From Chiloscyllium plagiosum (lineage: Eukaryota), in contig NC_057750.1 in the NCBI RefSeq assembly GCF_004010195.1, positions 13,792,033-13,855,907 on the forward strand: a DNA stretch of 63,875 nt, given 5' to 3'. A model generated the notes under the pieces. It searched no databases, had not been told where the DNA came from, and saw only the letters and a program-made list of their open reading frames with translations. Positions 1 to 11,789 of the stretch are shown in pieces (the first letter of the stretch is position 1; each line of letters starts with the position of its first letter). A program made the position numbers and the translations under genes.

Positions 1-344
1 TTTTCCCTGACCGTCAAGTCCTGGAGTGGGACTCGAACTCAGAGATTCTGTTCCAGAGGTAGGGATGTTGCTTACTGTCCCACAGGAGCTTTGCCGACTA
101 AGAGAGATAGTGGAGGCTTCTGGATTCTATGAATGTAGGATTTCCCTTACTGGAACTCACAAACAGGATGAATAAAGGGGTGAGTTTATCCTGAAGAGAT
201 ACTCCCCCACTCCTTTTCACCTCAGCAATAAAGGGCTGCCTCACAAGGTCCCACTGGGAACCTTCTCAGCCCACCATCGATTAAAGGTCACCTCAAGGCT
301 TCAACTCCCAACTGGCCTCAATACCTGCCTTTCCAACAGCTGGG

Positions 345-830
345 AACAGAATGGAAGAGATCTAGAAGACCCTTCAGCCCATCAAATCAGAAACAACCAC
401 CTCACTATTTCCCAGCACTTGGCCCATTTGTGTTGGCATGGCAAAGTGCACGTCTGAACATTTCTCCAATGCGATGAGGCTTTTTGCTTCTCCCAGCCTT
501 GCAGACAGCAATTTCCAGATTTCCACCACTCTGAGTGAAAAAATATTTCCTCACATCCAGTCTAAACCTCCTGCCCCTTCCCTTAAATCGATGCCCCCTG
601 CTCATTGATCCCTCCATCCAGGGGTAACGTTTCTTACTCTCTGCCCTGCCTAAGACCCTCATCATTTTATCCACCTCGATCACCTCCCTTCTCAATCCCC
701 TCAGCTCTGAGGAAATCAGTCTCAGTCTGTCCAATCCCTCTTCATAACTGAAACTCTCCAGGCCAGGTAACACTCCTCTCCAGTGTGATCACATCCCTCC
801 TGTACTGAGGGTTCCAGAACTGCACATGAT
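345..830 (-). mobile_element. CR1/HER1-like LINE 3' fragment
   Basis: ORF 405..773(-) reads MLPGLESFSYEEGLDRLRL..RGHRFK..RKYFFTQ, the CR1 ORF2 C-terminal signature; 3' tail remnant near 345-380. Confidence 0.85.
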
Positions 831-1554
831 GCAAAAGAGGTTGGTTCTTTGTCTAGGGAGTTCAGACAATCTGCTGACCATTTTGGGTGTTGGGGGCGGG
901 GGTTCTATTTGCCCAACCTAAGGCCGGTTGGAGGCAAGAATGTGGGACAAGGGTGTGGTGAACAACTCTGGGACCCACAAGATGCTGGCCTCTGATTGGC
1001 CAGCAGCTTCTGGTGAGGCAAGACTTTAGCATCGAGGTCTGTGAGTCACCGAGAATCTCACTGGTCATCTCCCGAGTACCTGATTGGAGCTCGATCTGGT
1101 GAGACCTCCCAGTGGGGACAGGGAGTCAGTTGCAAGTGAGCACACCTGTCCTTCACACACCCACCATAGGCCTCCACAATCCAATCTCGCTAAAGCAAAG
1201 AGAGATAAGCAATAGTCCTCAAGAACTCAAAATTCCTCCAATTCTGGGATTTACTTCAGAAATCGCTCTGTTTCTCTTTCCTCTTTGTAAATCTAGTTGT
1301 TTGATTGCCAGCTTCCCTGGCCCGATATCCAATGTTGTGAACGAGAGGCGATTAAATCTGTTCCAGGTGTTATAGCAATGTAAGTTGGCTTTGTTTGATT
1401 TTGTACATTGCGTCCAGATGATGTTGTCCATCAGATGTCACCCTGTGTCCTGAGGAGAAGGCGAGACAGCTCCTATCAGGGACAGTAGTTCAGTGCTACA
1501 CAGATCACTGGGGGGAGTGGTGTTGCAGGCCAGAACTCCCAGTTCAAATACATT

Positions 1555-2455
1555 CTAAAAGTGATGTTATCCACTTTGGTCGCAAAAATAGGAAGGCAGG
1601 TTATTATTGGAATGGCTGTAGCTGAGGGGGAGGAATGTTTGGTGAGACCTGGGACCCCTCGTGCATCAGTCGCTGAAAGTAATAGTTAAGATCCTGGGGA
1701 AACAGAGGGTTCACAACCCAATACATGGTAGAATTCTCTGATTAAAAAGCTAGTCACGTGGTCATTGTTACACAGGCCCACCAAGTGCGTGCAGGTGCAG
1801 CAGGCGGTAGAGAAGGCACACGGTATGTTGGCCTACTTAGCGAGAGGATCTGAGTCCAGGAGCAGGGATGTCTCACTGCAATTACACAGGGCCTTGGTGA
1901 GGCCACACCTGGAGTACTGTGTGCAGTTCTGGTCTCCTCATCTGAGGAAGGATGTTCCTGCTATGGAGGGAATACAGTGAATGTTTACCAGACCGAATCC
2001 TGGGATGGCAGCGCTGACGTGTGAGGAGAGGTTGAGTTGGTTGGGATTGTACTCACTGGAGTTTGGAAGGATGAGGGGGATTCTCAGAGAAACCTATAAA
2101 ATTCTAACAGGAGCTACACAGGGTAGATACTGGAAGGATGTCCCTGATGGTGGGGGGAGTCTGGAACCAGAGGTCATAGTTTAAGGATAAGGGGTAAACC
2201 TTTTAGGACTGAGATGAGGAGAAATGTCTTCACCCAGAGAGTGGGGAGCCTGTGGGATTCACTACCACAGACAGTGGTTGAGGCCAAATCATTGTTTTTT
2301 CAATAAGGAGATAGATATAGCTCTAGTGACTAATGGGATGAAGGGATGTGTGGGGAGGGCGGGATTAGGATATTGAGCTTGATGACTGGCCATGATCATA
2401 TTGAATGGCGGAACAGGCCTGAGGGGCTGAATGGCCTACTCCCGCTCCTATGTTG
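1555..2455 (+). mobile_element. Degenerate CR1 LINE 3' portion
   Basis: ORFs 1765..1980 (LVRPHLEYCVQFWSPHLRKD) and 1981..2184 (EERLSWLGLYSLE) are CR1 RT C-terminal motifs broken by stops; 3' UTR ending GGCTGAATGGCCTACTCC. Confidence 0.9.
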
Positions 2456-3222
2456 CGATATTCGTATGTCCGTGGAGTACCCTTGGCATACAGCGATTGA
2501 CAAAACACCACTCAGCGAGGATCCATTAATCCCGTAAATCTGCTTACAATTTTTAACCCTTGGTCTTGTCACTTTTACGGTGAGCTTGTTGCTGTCAGCT
2601 TCTGTGAAACTTGGAACATTTCTCCGTGGAGAGTGCTTCAAACCGAAAGGGACCATTAAAGTATGTCTGCACTCTCAGAAGTTCAGAGAAAGCCAATTTG
2701 ACTCTGTCTCTCGCCCTCTCGAGGCCTGTCACAAGAAAAAAGCAGTTCCTTTGACCTTCAATCTGACAAATGCGTCCTCTTGGCCCCTCCTGCTGAATCA
2801 GTTGCACAGAGCCTTTGTTGTGAAGGAGATAAATGTAGACAATTTTATGAACTCAGAGCTTTCGTCTGTGCCTCCTCCTTGATCATGTATTTTTGACCGC
2901 ATACCTTATGACTGATATAAGGTTGTTTATTAATTTAATAATTTCTGATGCTTTGTTTAGTTGTCCTTTCTTTTTAAGTTCTTAAATGGGATGTGGACAT
3001 TTGTTGGCCTGTCTTAATCAGGGGGCCATCCTCATTAGTGAGGGACTGGAGTCACCTAGGCCAGACCAGGTAAGAGCAGTAGATTTGCTAAAGGACATTT
3101 GCGAATCAGGTGAGCCTTTGTAACAATGGCTGCATGGTCATGACACTAATATTTTAATCAGAGAATTTTACCATGACGTGCGATTTGAGCACCCTGTTCC
3201 CCAGGATCTTAATTATTACCAG

Positions 3223-3861
3223 TCATAGAGTCAAAGAGCATGGAAACAAACCCTTCTGTCCAACTCGTCCATACTGATCAGATATCCTAAACTAATCTAG
3301 TCCCATTTACCAGCATTTGGCCCATATCCCTCTAAACCCTTCCTATCCATATACCCATCCAAATGCCTTTTAAATGTTGCAATTGTACCAGTCTCCACCA
3401 CTTCCCCTGGCAGCTCATTCCATACACGCACCACCCTCTGTGTGAAAAAGATATCCCTTTTTAAATCTTTCCCCTCTCACCTTAAACCTATGCCCTCTCG
3501 AATTGGATTCCCCGGTGAAATAAACCTTGGCTATTCAACCTATCCATGTCCCTCATGGCTTTATAAACCTCCATAACTTCCCTCAGCCTCCGACGCTCCA
3601 GGGAAAACAATCCCAGCCTATTCAGCTTCTCCCTATAGCTCAAACCCTCCAACCCTGGCCACATCCTTGTAAACCTTTTCTGAAACTTTTCAAATTTAAC
3701 ATCTTTCTTATAGCAGGGAGACCAGAATTGAATGCAAAAGTGGCCTGTACAACTGCAGTAGGACCTCCCAACTCCTATCCTTAATGCACTGACCAATTAA
3801 AGGCAAGGGTACCAAACACCACCTTCACCTCCCTGTCTACCTGCGACTCCCCCTTCCAACT
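3223..3861 (-). mobile_element. HER1/CR1 LINE 3' fragment
   Basis: ORF 3488..3796(-) QFWSPCYKKD..RFTRMWPGLEGLSYREKLNRLGLFSLERRRLR; reverse-complemented tail CATAGAGTC at 3223. Confidence 0.9.
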
Positions 3862-3863
3862 CA

Positions 3864-4043
3864 GTTAAAAATCATACAACACCAGGTTATAGTCCAACAG
3901 GATTATTTAGAAGCAGGTGGTGGATGAAGGAGCGGCGCTCCGAAAGCTAGTGCGTCCAAATAAACCTGTTGGACTATAACCTGGTGTTGTGTGATTTTTA
4001 ACTTTGTCCACCCCAGCCCAACACCGGCTTCTCCACATCATGA
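3864..4043 (+). mobile_element. Penelope-like hairpin insertion, family B (hammerhead core damaged)
   Basis: Inverted arms GTTAAAAATCATACAACACCAGGTTATAGTCCAACAG / CTGTTGGACTATAACCTGGTGTTGTGTGATTTTTAAC plus unpaired tail; near-TSD CCTTCCAACT 3852..3861 / CCTTCAAACT 4044..4053; GATGAAGGAGCGGCGCTCCGAAAGCTAG lacks the start of CTGA. Confidence 0.85.
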
Positions 4044-4399
4044 CCTTCAAACTACTACCTCTCCTATTGTTAGCTTGTAGACACCAGGCTGAGATAACAG
4101 TAGATTGTTATCATTTACCATCGATTCTCTTTGGCCAGCGAGCTAGTTAGTCAACAGTCTTTTATTTTACTGAGCTCATCCTTCACAAGTGCAGTGCTCC
4201 CTTTATACAGCAGGCCAGGGGATCTGGAAGCTCACAGAGCATTATGACAATGGATTTCCTCCCCGACATGATGTGAATTAAACTGTTACGTTTTTTGCAA
4301 CAAACAAACAGCTTTACGCTTATTTTAACTCAACACAAACCCCCACAAACTGCAGACTCACCCACCCCTTCATCCACCCACCACCCTGACTTGAATGGA

Positions 4400-4780
4400 A
4401 TTATTTATTGTCACTCGTAGTTAACAAATAAATACATTGGAAAGTGTAACATGGCGGCGTGTTCCGGTGCCATTTTGAATTAGAGAGGAGATTAAGACAT
4501 AACTAAAAGCAGAGTTCTTCCTCCCTTCTCATGCTCCACTCAATATTGGGGTGTGAAGTCTCCATATCGGGCTCCGTGCCCACCAACTCCCACCCACTCC
4601 CACACCATGACATCATAGTCCATTCCAGGCATCCCGCTCTGGGGTCACCATCGCCATGACCACGCTGCCACCAGGAGCACCACATGGGGCCTACCACGCT
4701 GCTGCCAATGCAACTGCAACAGCCGCCAGTCTGGCCGAAGGACTGATGTCGGGTCTACTGCACCACCGCAGCTAGACCCC
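4400..4780 (-). mobile_element. Unclassified interspersed repeat with a TGACAATAAA 3' end
   Basis: TTTATTGTCA...CCATTTTG(A) here resembles 52090-52220 (-) and 57780-57980 (+); class assignment is inference. Confidence 0.45.
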
Positions 4781-4881
4781 AATGAAATAACCCCCCCGGA
4801 AGCCGGTATCCCATCACCAAGTCACCCTTTATTTACACGCGGAGAGTACTTGGCATTGATCTGGCTCCCTCAGAGCCGACT
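4781..4881 (-). mobile_element. LTR fragment (same family as 19042 and 47773)
   Basis: TGAAATAAC..CCATCACCAAGTCACCCTTTATTTACAC shared with 19042-19265 and the reverse complement of 47773-47990. Confidence 0.7.
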
Positions 4882-5185
4882 GTAATGGCATTGTGGGTCA
4901 ACAGTAGGCGCTGCAGTGATTCAAGATGGCAGCTCACCACCACCTTCTCAAGGGGCAATTAGGATCAGGCAATAAATGCTGGATCCAGCTAGTGATGCCC
5001 ACATCCTGAAAATTCAAAATATTGGACTGGGTTGTTAATCTAACATTTAGGAGTGTCTCAAAGACATTTTTTGTTGTGGTAATGTCACTGGATTAGCAAT
5101 CCGAAGGCTCAAGTTAAATGTTCTGGGGCATGGGTTCAAATCTCACTATGGCAATTTTTAAAAAAAAATTGACTTTTTTTTTCCT

Positions 5186-5400
5186 AATCAACCTGTTCCA
5201 AAATGCTATTACACACCTCTGCTGCAGGTGAGACCTGAACCCCCGAGTCTAGGGGCAGAGGCACTACCACTGGTCCATTTTTATCTTACCAACCAACTTG
5301 TTCAGAAATGTTATTACACAGCTCTGGAGTAGGTGAGACTTGACCCCTTGCCTCCTGGTCTGGGGGTAAGGATGCTACCACTGCACCACAAGAGGGCTCT
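5186..5400 (-). repeat. Two tandem diverged copies of a tRNA-derived SINE head
   Basis: AACCTGTTCCAAAATGCTATTACACACCTCTG..GGTGAGACCTGAAC repeated as AACTTGTTCAGAAATGTTATTACACAGCTCTG..GGTGAGACTTGACC about 105 bp later. Confidence 0.75.
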
Positions 5401-6454
5401 GCTAGCAATCGTAGGCCATTTGGCCAGTCAAACCCATTCTACCATTCAACACAATCATGGTACTGTGACAGTGTAGAAATTAGACACTCATTTTATTAAT
5501 AGTGACAACTGTGAATGGTTGTGAAATTCAACTTGTTCACTAAATCTGCTGTCCTCAACTGGCTTGATCAACGTACGACTCCCGACCCAGAGCAGCGTGG
5601 TTGACTCTCTTAAGTTCCTTCTGTAATGGCAGAGCAAGCCATTCAATGCAAAGGCAAGTAGGGATGGCCAATAAAGGTTGGTCAAGCCAACGATGGCTAC
5701 CTCCCAGCAGCCACCACTCTGCTGTACCCAGGCATTGAGATGTGCATGAAAGCCTCACACATGTCCAGTTGGTCCAAAGGCCCATTGCAGTGCAGTGCTG
5801 CATTTCCAAATGTGCCAGTCCACCTCAGATTGACCCTGATGTTGGGGAAAGACCATCAGGCCTCAACAGTATGTAGGCCCTGTTGGATCTCCCAGGAGCC
5901 GTATTTACAGCTCCTCGCTCAGAACTTGGAACTGGCAGGATGACAAGACTTTTGGCAAGTTACAAGAGAAAAGTTTTCTCCAAGATTTTCTGGGTAACAC
6001 AGTGCAGACAAAAGAAGATGCCAGGTTTCCTGTAACAAGATAGCTCCTCCATTAAATGCTGGAAGGAGCACTTTGGAGAATTGGGAACAGTCTGTGGATT
6101 TTAAGGACACTGGCGTCAAAATACCTCGCAGTGTTGTTCTCTGAGATAATAATCCGAATTCCTGCGTTTTACTGGGGAAACCGTGTCTGAGTTTAACACA
6201 AAAAGGAAATAAGCACAACGTCCGCGATCGAGTCTTTGGACTTTTACTGGTTTCACAAAGTCGAGGAGAAGTGGTAAGAAGAAACCTTTTTTTTCAGAGT
6301 TTTACAGGAAACCTGCTCTCACAAGCAACAGTAGTATCTTAAAGAGGATGCTAGATAGACTGAAGGAGGAAATAGAGGCCGAGATGACACAGGGTAACAA
6401 GACGTTTGGGTGGACTATAAACACTGGCACACTACCATTGAGCTGCTTCTGAAC

Positions 6455-6650
6455 TAGAATCACAGAATCCCTACAGTGCGGACTCAGGCCATTCAGCCCT
6501 TTGAGTCCACACTGACCCCCCCATGAGCATTCCACCCAGACCACCCCCTATCCTATCCCTGTAACCCTGCATTTCCCATGGTTAATCCACCTAGCCTGCA
6601 CATCGCTGGACACCGTGGGCAATTTAGTAGGGCCAATCCACCCTAACTGT
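6455..6650 (-). mobile_element. HE1-type SINE, 3' half
   Basis: AGAATCCCTACAGTG tail and GGGCAATTTAG..GGCCAATCCACC as in full copies. Confidence 0.8.
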
Positions 6651-6689
6651 TGCTTCATTGTACTTCAAAGCAAAGGACTTGAAATTGAT

Positions 6690-7540
6690 TTTTATTCATT
6701 TGTGGGATGTGGGCGCCGCTGATTGGGCCCAGCGTTTATTGAGGAGAAAGTGAGGTCTGCAGATGCTGGAGATCAGAGATGGAAATGTGTTGCTGGAAAA
6801 GCGCAGCAGGTCAGGAAGCATCTAGGGAACAGGAGAATCGACGTTTCGGGTTTTTTTTTTAAGAGGGGTAGGTCTGGAGGGATGGTGAAAACACGGCAGG
6901 GCTGGGAGCTAGGACCTGGTGTGGATTCTCCTGTTCCCTAGATGCTGCCTGACCTGCTGCGCTTTTCCAGCAACACATTTCCATCCCAGCGTTTATTGCC
7001 CGTCCCTAGTTGCCCCTTGAGAAGGTGGAGGTGAGCTGTCTTCATGAATCGCTGCAGTCCATGTGCTGTGGGTTGACCCACAATGCCCTTAGGGAGGGAA
7101 TTCCAGGATTTTGACCCAGTGACATTGAAGGAGTGGAGATATGTTTCCAAGTCGGGATGGTGAGTGGCTTGGAGGGGAACTTGAAGGGTAAGGGTTGCCG
7201 TGTATCTGCTTCTAGATGGAAGAGGTAGTGGGTTTGGAAGGTGCTGCCTGAAGATCTTTGGTGAATTGCTGCAGTGCATCTTGTAGATGGTACACCCTGC
7301 TGCTACTGAGCGTCGGTGGTGGAGGGAGGGGATGTTTGTGGATGTGGTGCCAATCATGTGGGGGCTGCTTTGTCCTGGATGATGTCGAGCTTCTTGAGTG
7401 TTGTTGGAGCTGCCCCCATCCAGGGGCAAGGCAACTCCCCTCCTGACTCGTGCCTTGTAGATGGTGGACAGGCTTTGGGGAGTCAGGAGGGGAGTTGCTC
7501 CCTGCAGGATTCCCGGCCTCTGACCTGCTCTAGTAGCCAA
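6690..7540 (-). mobile_element. Second LINE family (CR1-group RT C-terminus), 3' fragment, interrupted by a PLE hairpin
   Basis: ORF 6938..7720(-) contains LTPQSLSTIYKARVR..SLHHRRSVAA..YKMHCSNSPK..QHLPNP; related pieces at 10420-10800, 15200-15690, 27400-27700, 28990-29345, 48580-48930, 49610-49825. Confidence 0.8.
6742..6984 (-). mobile_element. Penelope-like hairpin insertion, family A, with captured central fragment
   Basis: Perfect 14-bp TSD CCCAGCGTTTATTG 6728..6741 / 6985..6998; inverted arms; centre 6851-6923 unrelated to family A. Confidence 0.9.
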
Positions 7541-7739
7541 ATTTGAAGGGAAGCATGGACTAAGAAATATTGAGATTATTATTGATATAGCATGAGAATA
7601 TATGCTTTTTAAAAGTTCTGTTGCAATATCATTAACCCACATCCTTTTGTAAATATTTAAGTATTTTGAATAAATGGCGAATCCTGATGATTTCACAATT
7701 AATATATTTAGAATGTACAAGGTTGCTTTTTTGTTCTCT

Positions 7740-8090
7740 TCATTCTTTCATGAGATGTGGGCGTTGCTGACAAGACCAGTACCTGTATTTGTTGCCCATC
7801 CCTAGTTGCCTAGGGAGCTGAGTAACCGGTCAGACTGTTTCAGGGGGCAGTTCAAAGTTAACCCCATTGCTGTAGGTCTGGAGTCACATGTAGGCCAGAA
7901 TGGATAAGGATGGCAGATTTCCTTCACTAAAGGACATTAGTGAACCAGATGAGTTTTTTTTTGTTGGCAGTGATTGCACAGTTAGGAAATGTTAAAGTCC
8001 AGACTTTAGTGAATTAAAATTGCACCATCTGCCATTGTTAGGATTCGGACTCATGTCCCTCAAATGGTACTCTCAATTACTAGTGTACCG
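7740..8090 (-). mobile_element. tRNA-derived SINE family sharing its 3' tail with the second LINE family
   Basis: CTGGAGTCACATGTAGGCCAG..GGCAGATTTCCTT..AAAGGACATTAGTGAACCAGATG core; related copies at about 3000-3220, 5075-5700, 27720-27880, 40535-40835, 51700-51930, 61310-61660. Confidence 0.7.
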
Positions 8091-8489
8091 TCCCCCAAAT
8101 GCTTTAATTTTATTTTTAAAAGGCTTGCAAGGACTGAAAATGTCAACTTCTGAGTAAATTTTGGCGATGGCGAGTTATTTGTCATCCTAGGCAATGAATT
8201 AGCCAGGCTGTCTCACTTTCTAGTAACAGGTGGGGGGGAGTTTGACTCAGAGTGTCATGGCTATGGAGGGAGGGAGGGAGTCACTGTGGTCAGGGGGCTT
8301 TGATATTCCGAGATCGGACTCCGCTGCAAAGCACTTGAAAATCCCCAGCCCTGTCCTTCCAGTCGAGTATTCTGCTTCTCAAGAGGTGCAAGTTTTTTTA
8401 AGCTTCAAGAGTAAGGTGCTAAACCCACCATGGACCACCGCCATATCCAACACAGACTGTACACACAGAGTTAGAGCTCATCAAAACAG

Positions 8490-9625
8490 CTTCCAAGACT
8501 TTAGCAAAGCCTTCGTCATGGTTCCCCATGATAGACTGAATAGCAAGGTTAGATCACATGGGATACAGGGAGAGCTAGCCAATTGGATATAAAATTGGCT
8601 AGATGGTAGGAGATAGAGGAGGTGGTAGAGTGATGTTGTTCAGTCTGGAGGCCTGTGACCCGAGGTGTGCCACAAGGATCGGTGATGGGTTCAAGGTTGC
8701 TCATCACTTCTTTAAAGGATTTGGATAAGAATATAGGTTCGTACGTTTGTGGATGACACCAGAATTTGTGGTACAGTGGACAGTGAAGAAGATTATCTAA
8801 GAGTACAAAGGGATCTCGATCAGCTGGGCCATTGGGTCGAGGAGTTGGAGTTTTAATTTCGACAAATGTGACGTGTTGGTAAGGCAAACGAGGGCAGGAT
8901 TTACACAGTTAATTGCCGGGCCTTGGGGAGAGTTGTCGAACAGAGAGACCCTGGAATGCAGGTACGTAGTTCTTTGAAAATGGCGTCACAGGTAGCGAGG
9001 GTGGTGAAGAAGGGGTTTGGCATACTTGCCTTCATCAGTCAGTGCATTGAGTTGGGTTGTCAGGTAACAGCTGTACAGGACGTTGGTTAGGCCCCTTTTG
9101 GAATATTGCTTACAGTTCCGGTTGCCCTGCTATAAGAAGGATATCATTAAATTGGAAAGGGTGCAGAAAAGTTTCCAGGGATGTTACCAAGACTGGAGGG
9201 TGTCAGTTTTAAGGAGAAGCTGGGTGGGATGGGACATTTTTTACCGGAGTGTATGATGTTAAGGTATGACCTTATAGAGGTTTATAAAATCATGAGAGAC
9301 ATGGGTAGAGTGAACATCCAAGTCTTTTCCATAGGGTGGAGGAGTCCAAAACGAGAGGGCATAGGTGAGAGGAGAAAGATTTAGAAGGGACCTAAGGGGT
9401 AACGTTTTCTCACAGAGGGTGGTGCTTGTATGGAATAGTCTGCCAGCGGAAGTGGTGGAGGCTGATACAATTACAGCATTTAATGGATGGGTATATGAAT
9501 AGGAAGGGTTTGGAGGGATATGGGCCAAACGCAGGAAAATTGGACAAGTTCAGTTTGGGATCATGGTTGGCATGGATACATTAGGCCAAAGGGTCTGTTT
9601 CTGTGCTGTATGACTCTCTGACTCT
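8490..9625 (+). mobile_element. HER1/CR1 LINE, RT domain to 3' end, degenerate
   Basis: DFSKAF..VPHDRL..KVRSHGIQGELANWI at the end of ORF 8230..8592; GVPQGSV and F.DDT-like codons; 3' tail CTGTATGACTCT. Confidence 0.92.
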
Positions 9626-9629
9626 AATG

Positions 9630-9920
9630 GTTTAGATTAGATTACTTACAGTGTGGAAACAGGCTCTTTGGCCCAACAGGTCCACACTAACCCGCCAAAG
9701 CACAACCCACCCAGACCCATTCCCCTCTATTTATCCCTTCACCTAACACTATGGGCAATTTAGCCTGGCCAATTCACCTAACCTGCACATTTTTAGATTG
9801 TGGGAGGAAACCGGAGCACCCGGAGGAAACCCACGCAGACACGGGGAGAATGTGCAAACTCCACACAGAGAGTCGCCTGAGGTGGGAATTGAACCCGGGT
9901 CTCTGGCGCTGTGCCCACGG
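9630..9920 (-). mobile_element. HE1 SINE
   Basis: (TTAGA)n tail and V-domain GGGAGGAAACCGGAGCACCCGGAGGAAACCCACGCAGACACGGGGAGAA. Confidence 0.92.
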
Positions 9921-10829
9921 TGGGGCAGATGAACCCATGAGGAGTATTACGTTACCACTACTGCCCCCAGTTCTGCTCCTGGTCTTAGTAAATTAATCAT
10001 AGAGTGGTTCCAACATCAAAGGAGGCCAATCAGCCCATTTTGAGCAAACTATCTCTCTGCAAGTGCAACTCTTGGACTCTCACTCCCCTGCATTTGATTC
10101 AGAGCCCAGTGCACATTTTCCCGTCTCATAATTATTCAATTCGCTTTTGAAAACCTCTATTGAATCTACCTCAACCCTAATCAGGCAGTGCATCCCTCCC
10201 CTAAACACTCAGGATTGCCTCTGGGTCCAGAGGACTACTGCTGACTTGCTTCTGACAATGCTTGCTGGGAAGTATTGTCACCAGGAGAAGATGGCCGTTG
10301 TGACAATAGCCCATTGATTCACTGATGGGACTTACAGCCAAATGGGTGGGCTCATCAATCGAATCATATCCTGACGCTGTGGGGCATCCTGTTGGCATGC
10401 TATCATCTGGATAAGCTCATCATTTGCTGTCCATTCCTCGTTACCCTTGAGAAGGAGAGGGTGAGCTGTCTTTGGCAGTTCATGTGATTGTAAAGACACC
10501 TGCAATTCTGTTAGGGACGGAATTCCAGGATTTTGACCTAGCGAAGGAACGGTGAGATGTTCCCAAATCAGGATGGTGCTTTGGAGGGAACCTGTTGGAT
10601 GGTGTTCCCATGTACCTGCTGCCCTTGTCCTTCTAGCTGGTAGAGATCATAGCTTTGGGAAGGTGCTGTCTAAGGAGCCTTGATGGTTTGCTACAGTGGA
10701 TCTAGCAGATGGTACACACTGCTGCGACTGAGCATTGGAGGTGGAGGGACTGGATGTTGAAGGTGGTGGATGGGGTGCTGATCGAACCAGCCATTTCATG
10801 TGAAAAGGTTGCGTCTAATGTTTGTGGTT

Positions 10830-11136
10830 GGCACGGTGGCACAGTGGTTAGCACTGCTGCCTCTCAGCGCCAGAGACCCGGGTTCAATTCCCACCACAGG
10901 CGACTGACTGTGTGGAGTTTGCACGTTCTCACCGTGTCTGCGTGGGTTTCCTCCGGGTGCTCCGGTTTCCTCCCACAGTCCAAAGATGTGCAGGTCAGGT
11001 GAATTGGCCTTGCTAAATTGCCCGTAGTGTTAGGTAAAGGGGTAAATGTAGGGGTATGGGTGGGTTGTGGGTCGGTGTGGACTTGTTGGGCCGAAGGGCC
11101 TGCTTCCACACTGTAATCTAATAATATCTAATCTAA
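10830..11136 (+). mobile_element. Full-length HE1 SINE
   Basis: A-box GGCACAGTGG, B-box GGTTCAATTCC, V-domain, CR1-like tail with (TCTAA)n; TCTAATGTT at 10814..10822 and 11132..11140 is a probable TSD. Confidence 0.95.
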
Positions 11137-11379
11137 TGTTAGGAGTGAGAGAAAACAGTTTTTAATGGTGGAAGAATCCAGAAACCATGGACAGTGATGT
11201 GGCGCAGTAGGCAGCACGCGGTGCAATATTGTTTGGGAGTAGTTGGGAATGGAATGTGCTGCCAGAAAGTGTGGCAGAGCCAGACATAACCATGGCTTTA
11301 ACAGGAGAATTTGGTAATTATTTGAAGAGGGCAAATAGGCAACACCGCAGATAAAAGGCAAGTCAGGGGCAAGGTCTCC

Positions 11380-11620
11380 TTGGTGGGGGAAGGGTGGGTG
11401 AAGGGCGTTATTAGTGGGGGGGGGGGTTAAGAGTTGAGGGGTTTGAGAGGATGAAGGGAAGGTTGAGGGATGACTGAGGCGGTGTGAAGTAGGAGTTGGG
11501 GATGAGAGGATGAGGAGGGGGGGTTGAGGTGGTGGGGGTTGGGGCTGAGTGAGGGGTTGGAGGGGTGAGGATGGATTTGGGATGAAGGAGCCGCGGTTCG
11601 GGGTGGTGAGGGAGGGGGCC
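11380..11620 (+). repeat. G-rich degenerate low-complexity tract (GGGGTTGAGG-like units)
   Basis: More than 15 runs of 3 or more G, very few C on the + strand. Confidence 0.85.
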
Positions 11621-11634
11621 GGTTCAGTGGTTTC

Positions 11635-11780
11635 AACCTCCAGAACCTCAGGGACTTCCCAGCGAGTGTCATTGCCGATGAGTTACTTTCAAAGCCGAGG
11701 TACCGTCGTAACGTCTCCAAAGGAGCTTGGCCTCTTTGTGCACAGCAAGATCCCACATGCAGCACAGCATGAAGCACACA
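11635..11780 (-). mobile_element. Old Deu-domain (SacSINE1/AmnSINE1-like) SINE fragment
   Basis: GGACTTCCCAGCG..GCCGATGAGTTACTTTCAAAG..TTTGTGCACAGCAAGATCCCAC resembles the recalled Deu core; related copies at 26835-26960, 39555-39630, 42320-42440 (+), 53260-53450. Confidence 0.6.
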
Positions 11781-11789
11781 ATGAGTTAT

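Noticed and set aside
5700..6420. Possible coding region (ILKRMLDRLKEEIEAEM near 6335-6385)
   Set aside because: Probably a decayed RTE-like RT remnant; too degraded to annotate confidently
6938..7720. Longest ORF (260 aa) as a host gene
   Set aside because: Chimeric frame across AT-rich DNA, a LINE RT remnant and a PLE arm
9751..9996. Recurrent peptide LDCGRKPEHPEETHADTGRMCKLHT in many ORFs
   Set aside because: Antisense reading of the HE1 SINE V-domain, not a protein family
10830..10900. tRNA-like sequence with A and B boxes
   Set aside because: SINE head continuing into V-domain and LINE-like tail; not a tRNA gene
11427..11777. Pro/His-rich ORF
   Set aside because: Antisense translation of the G-rich low-complexity tract
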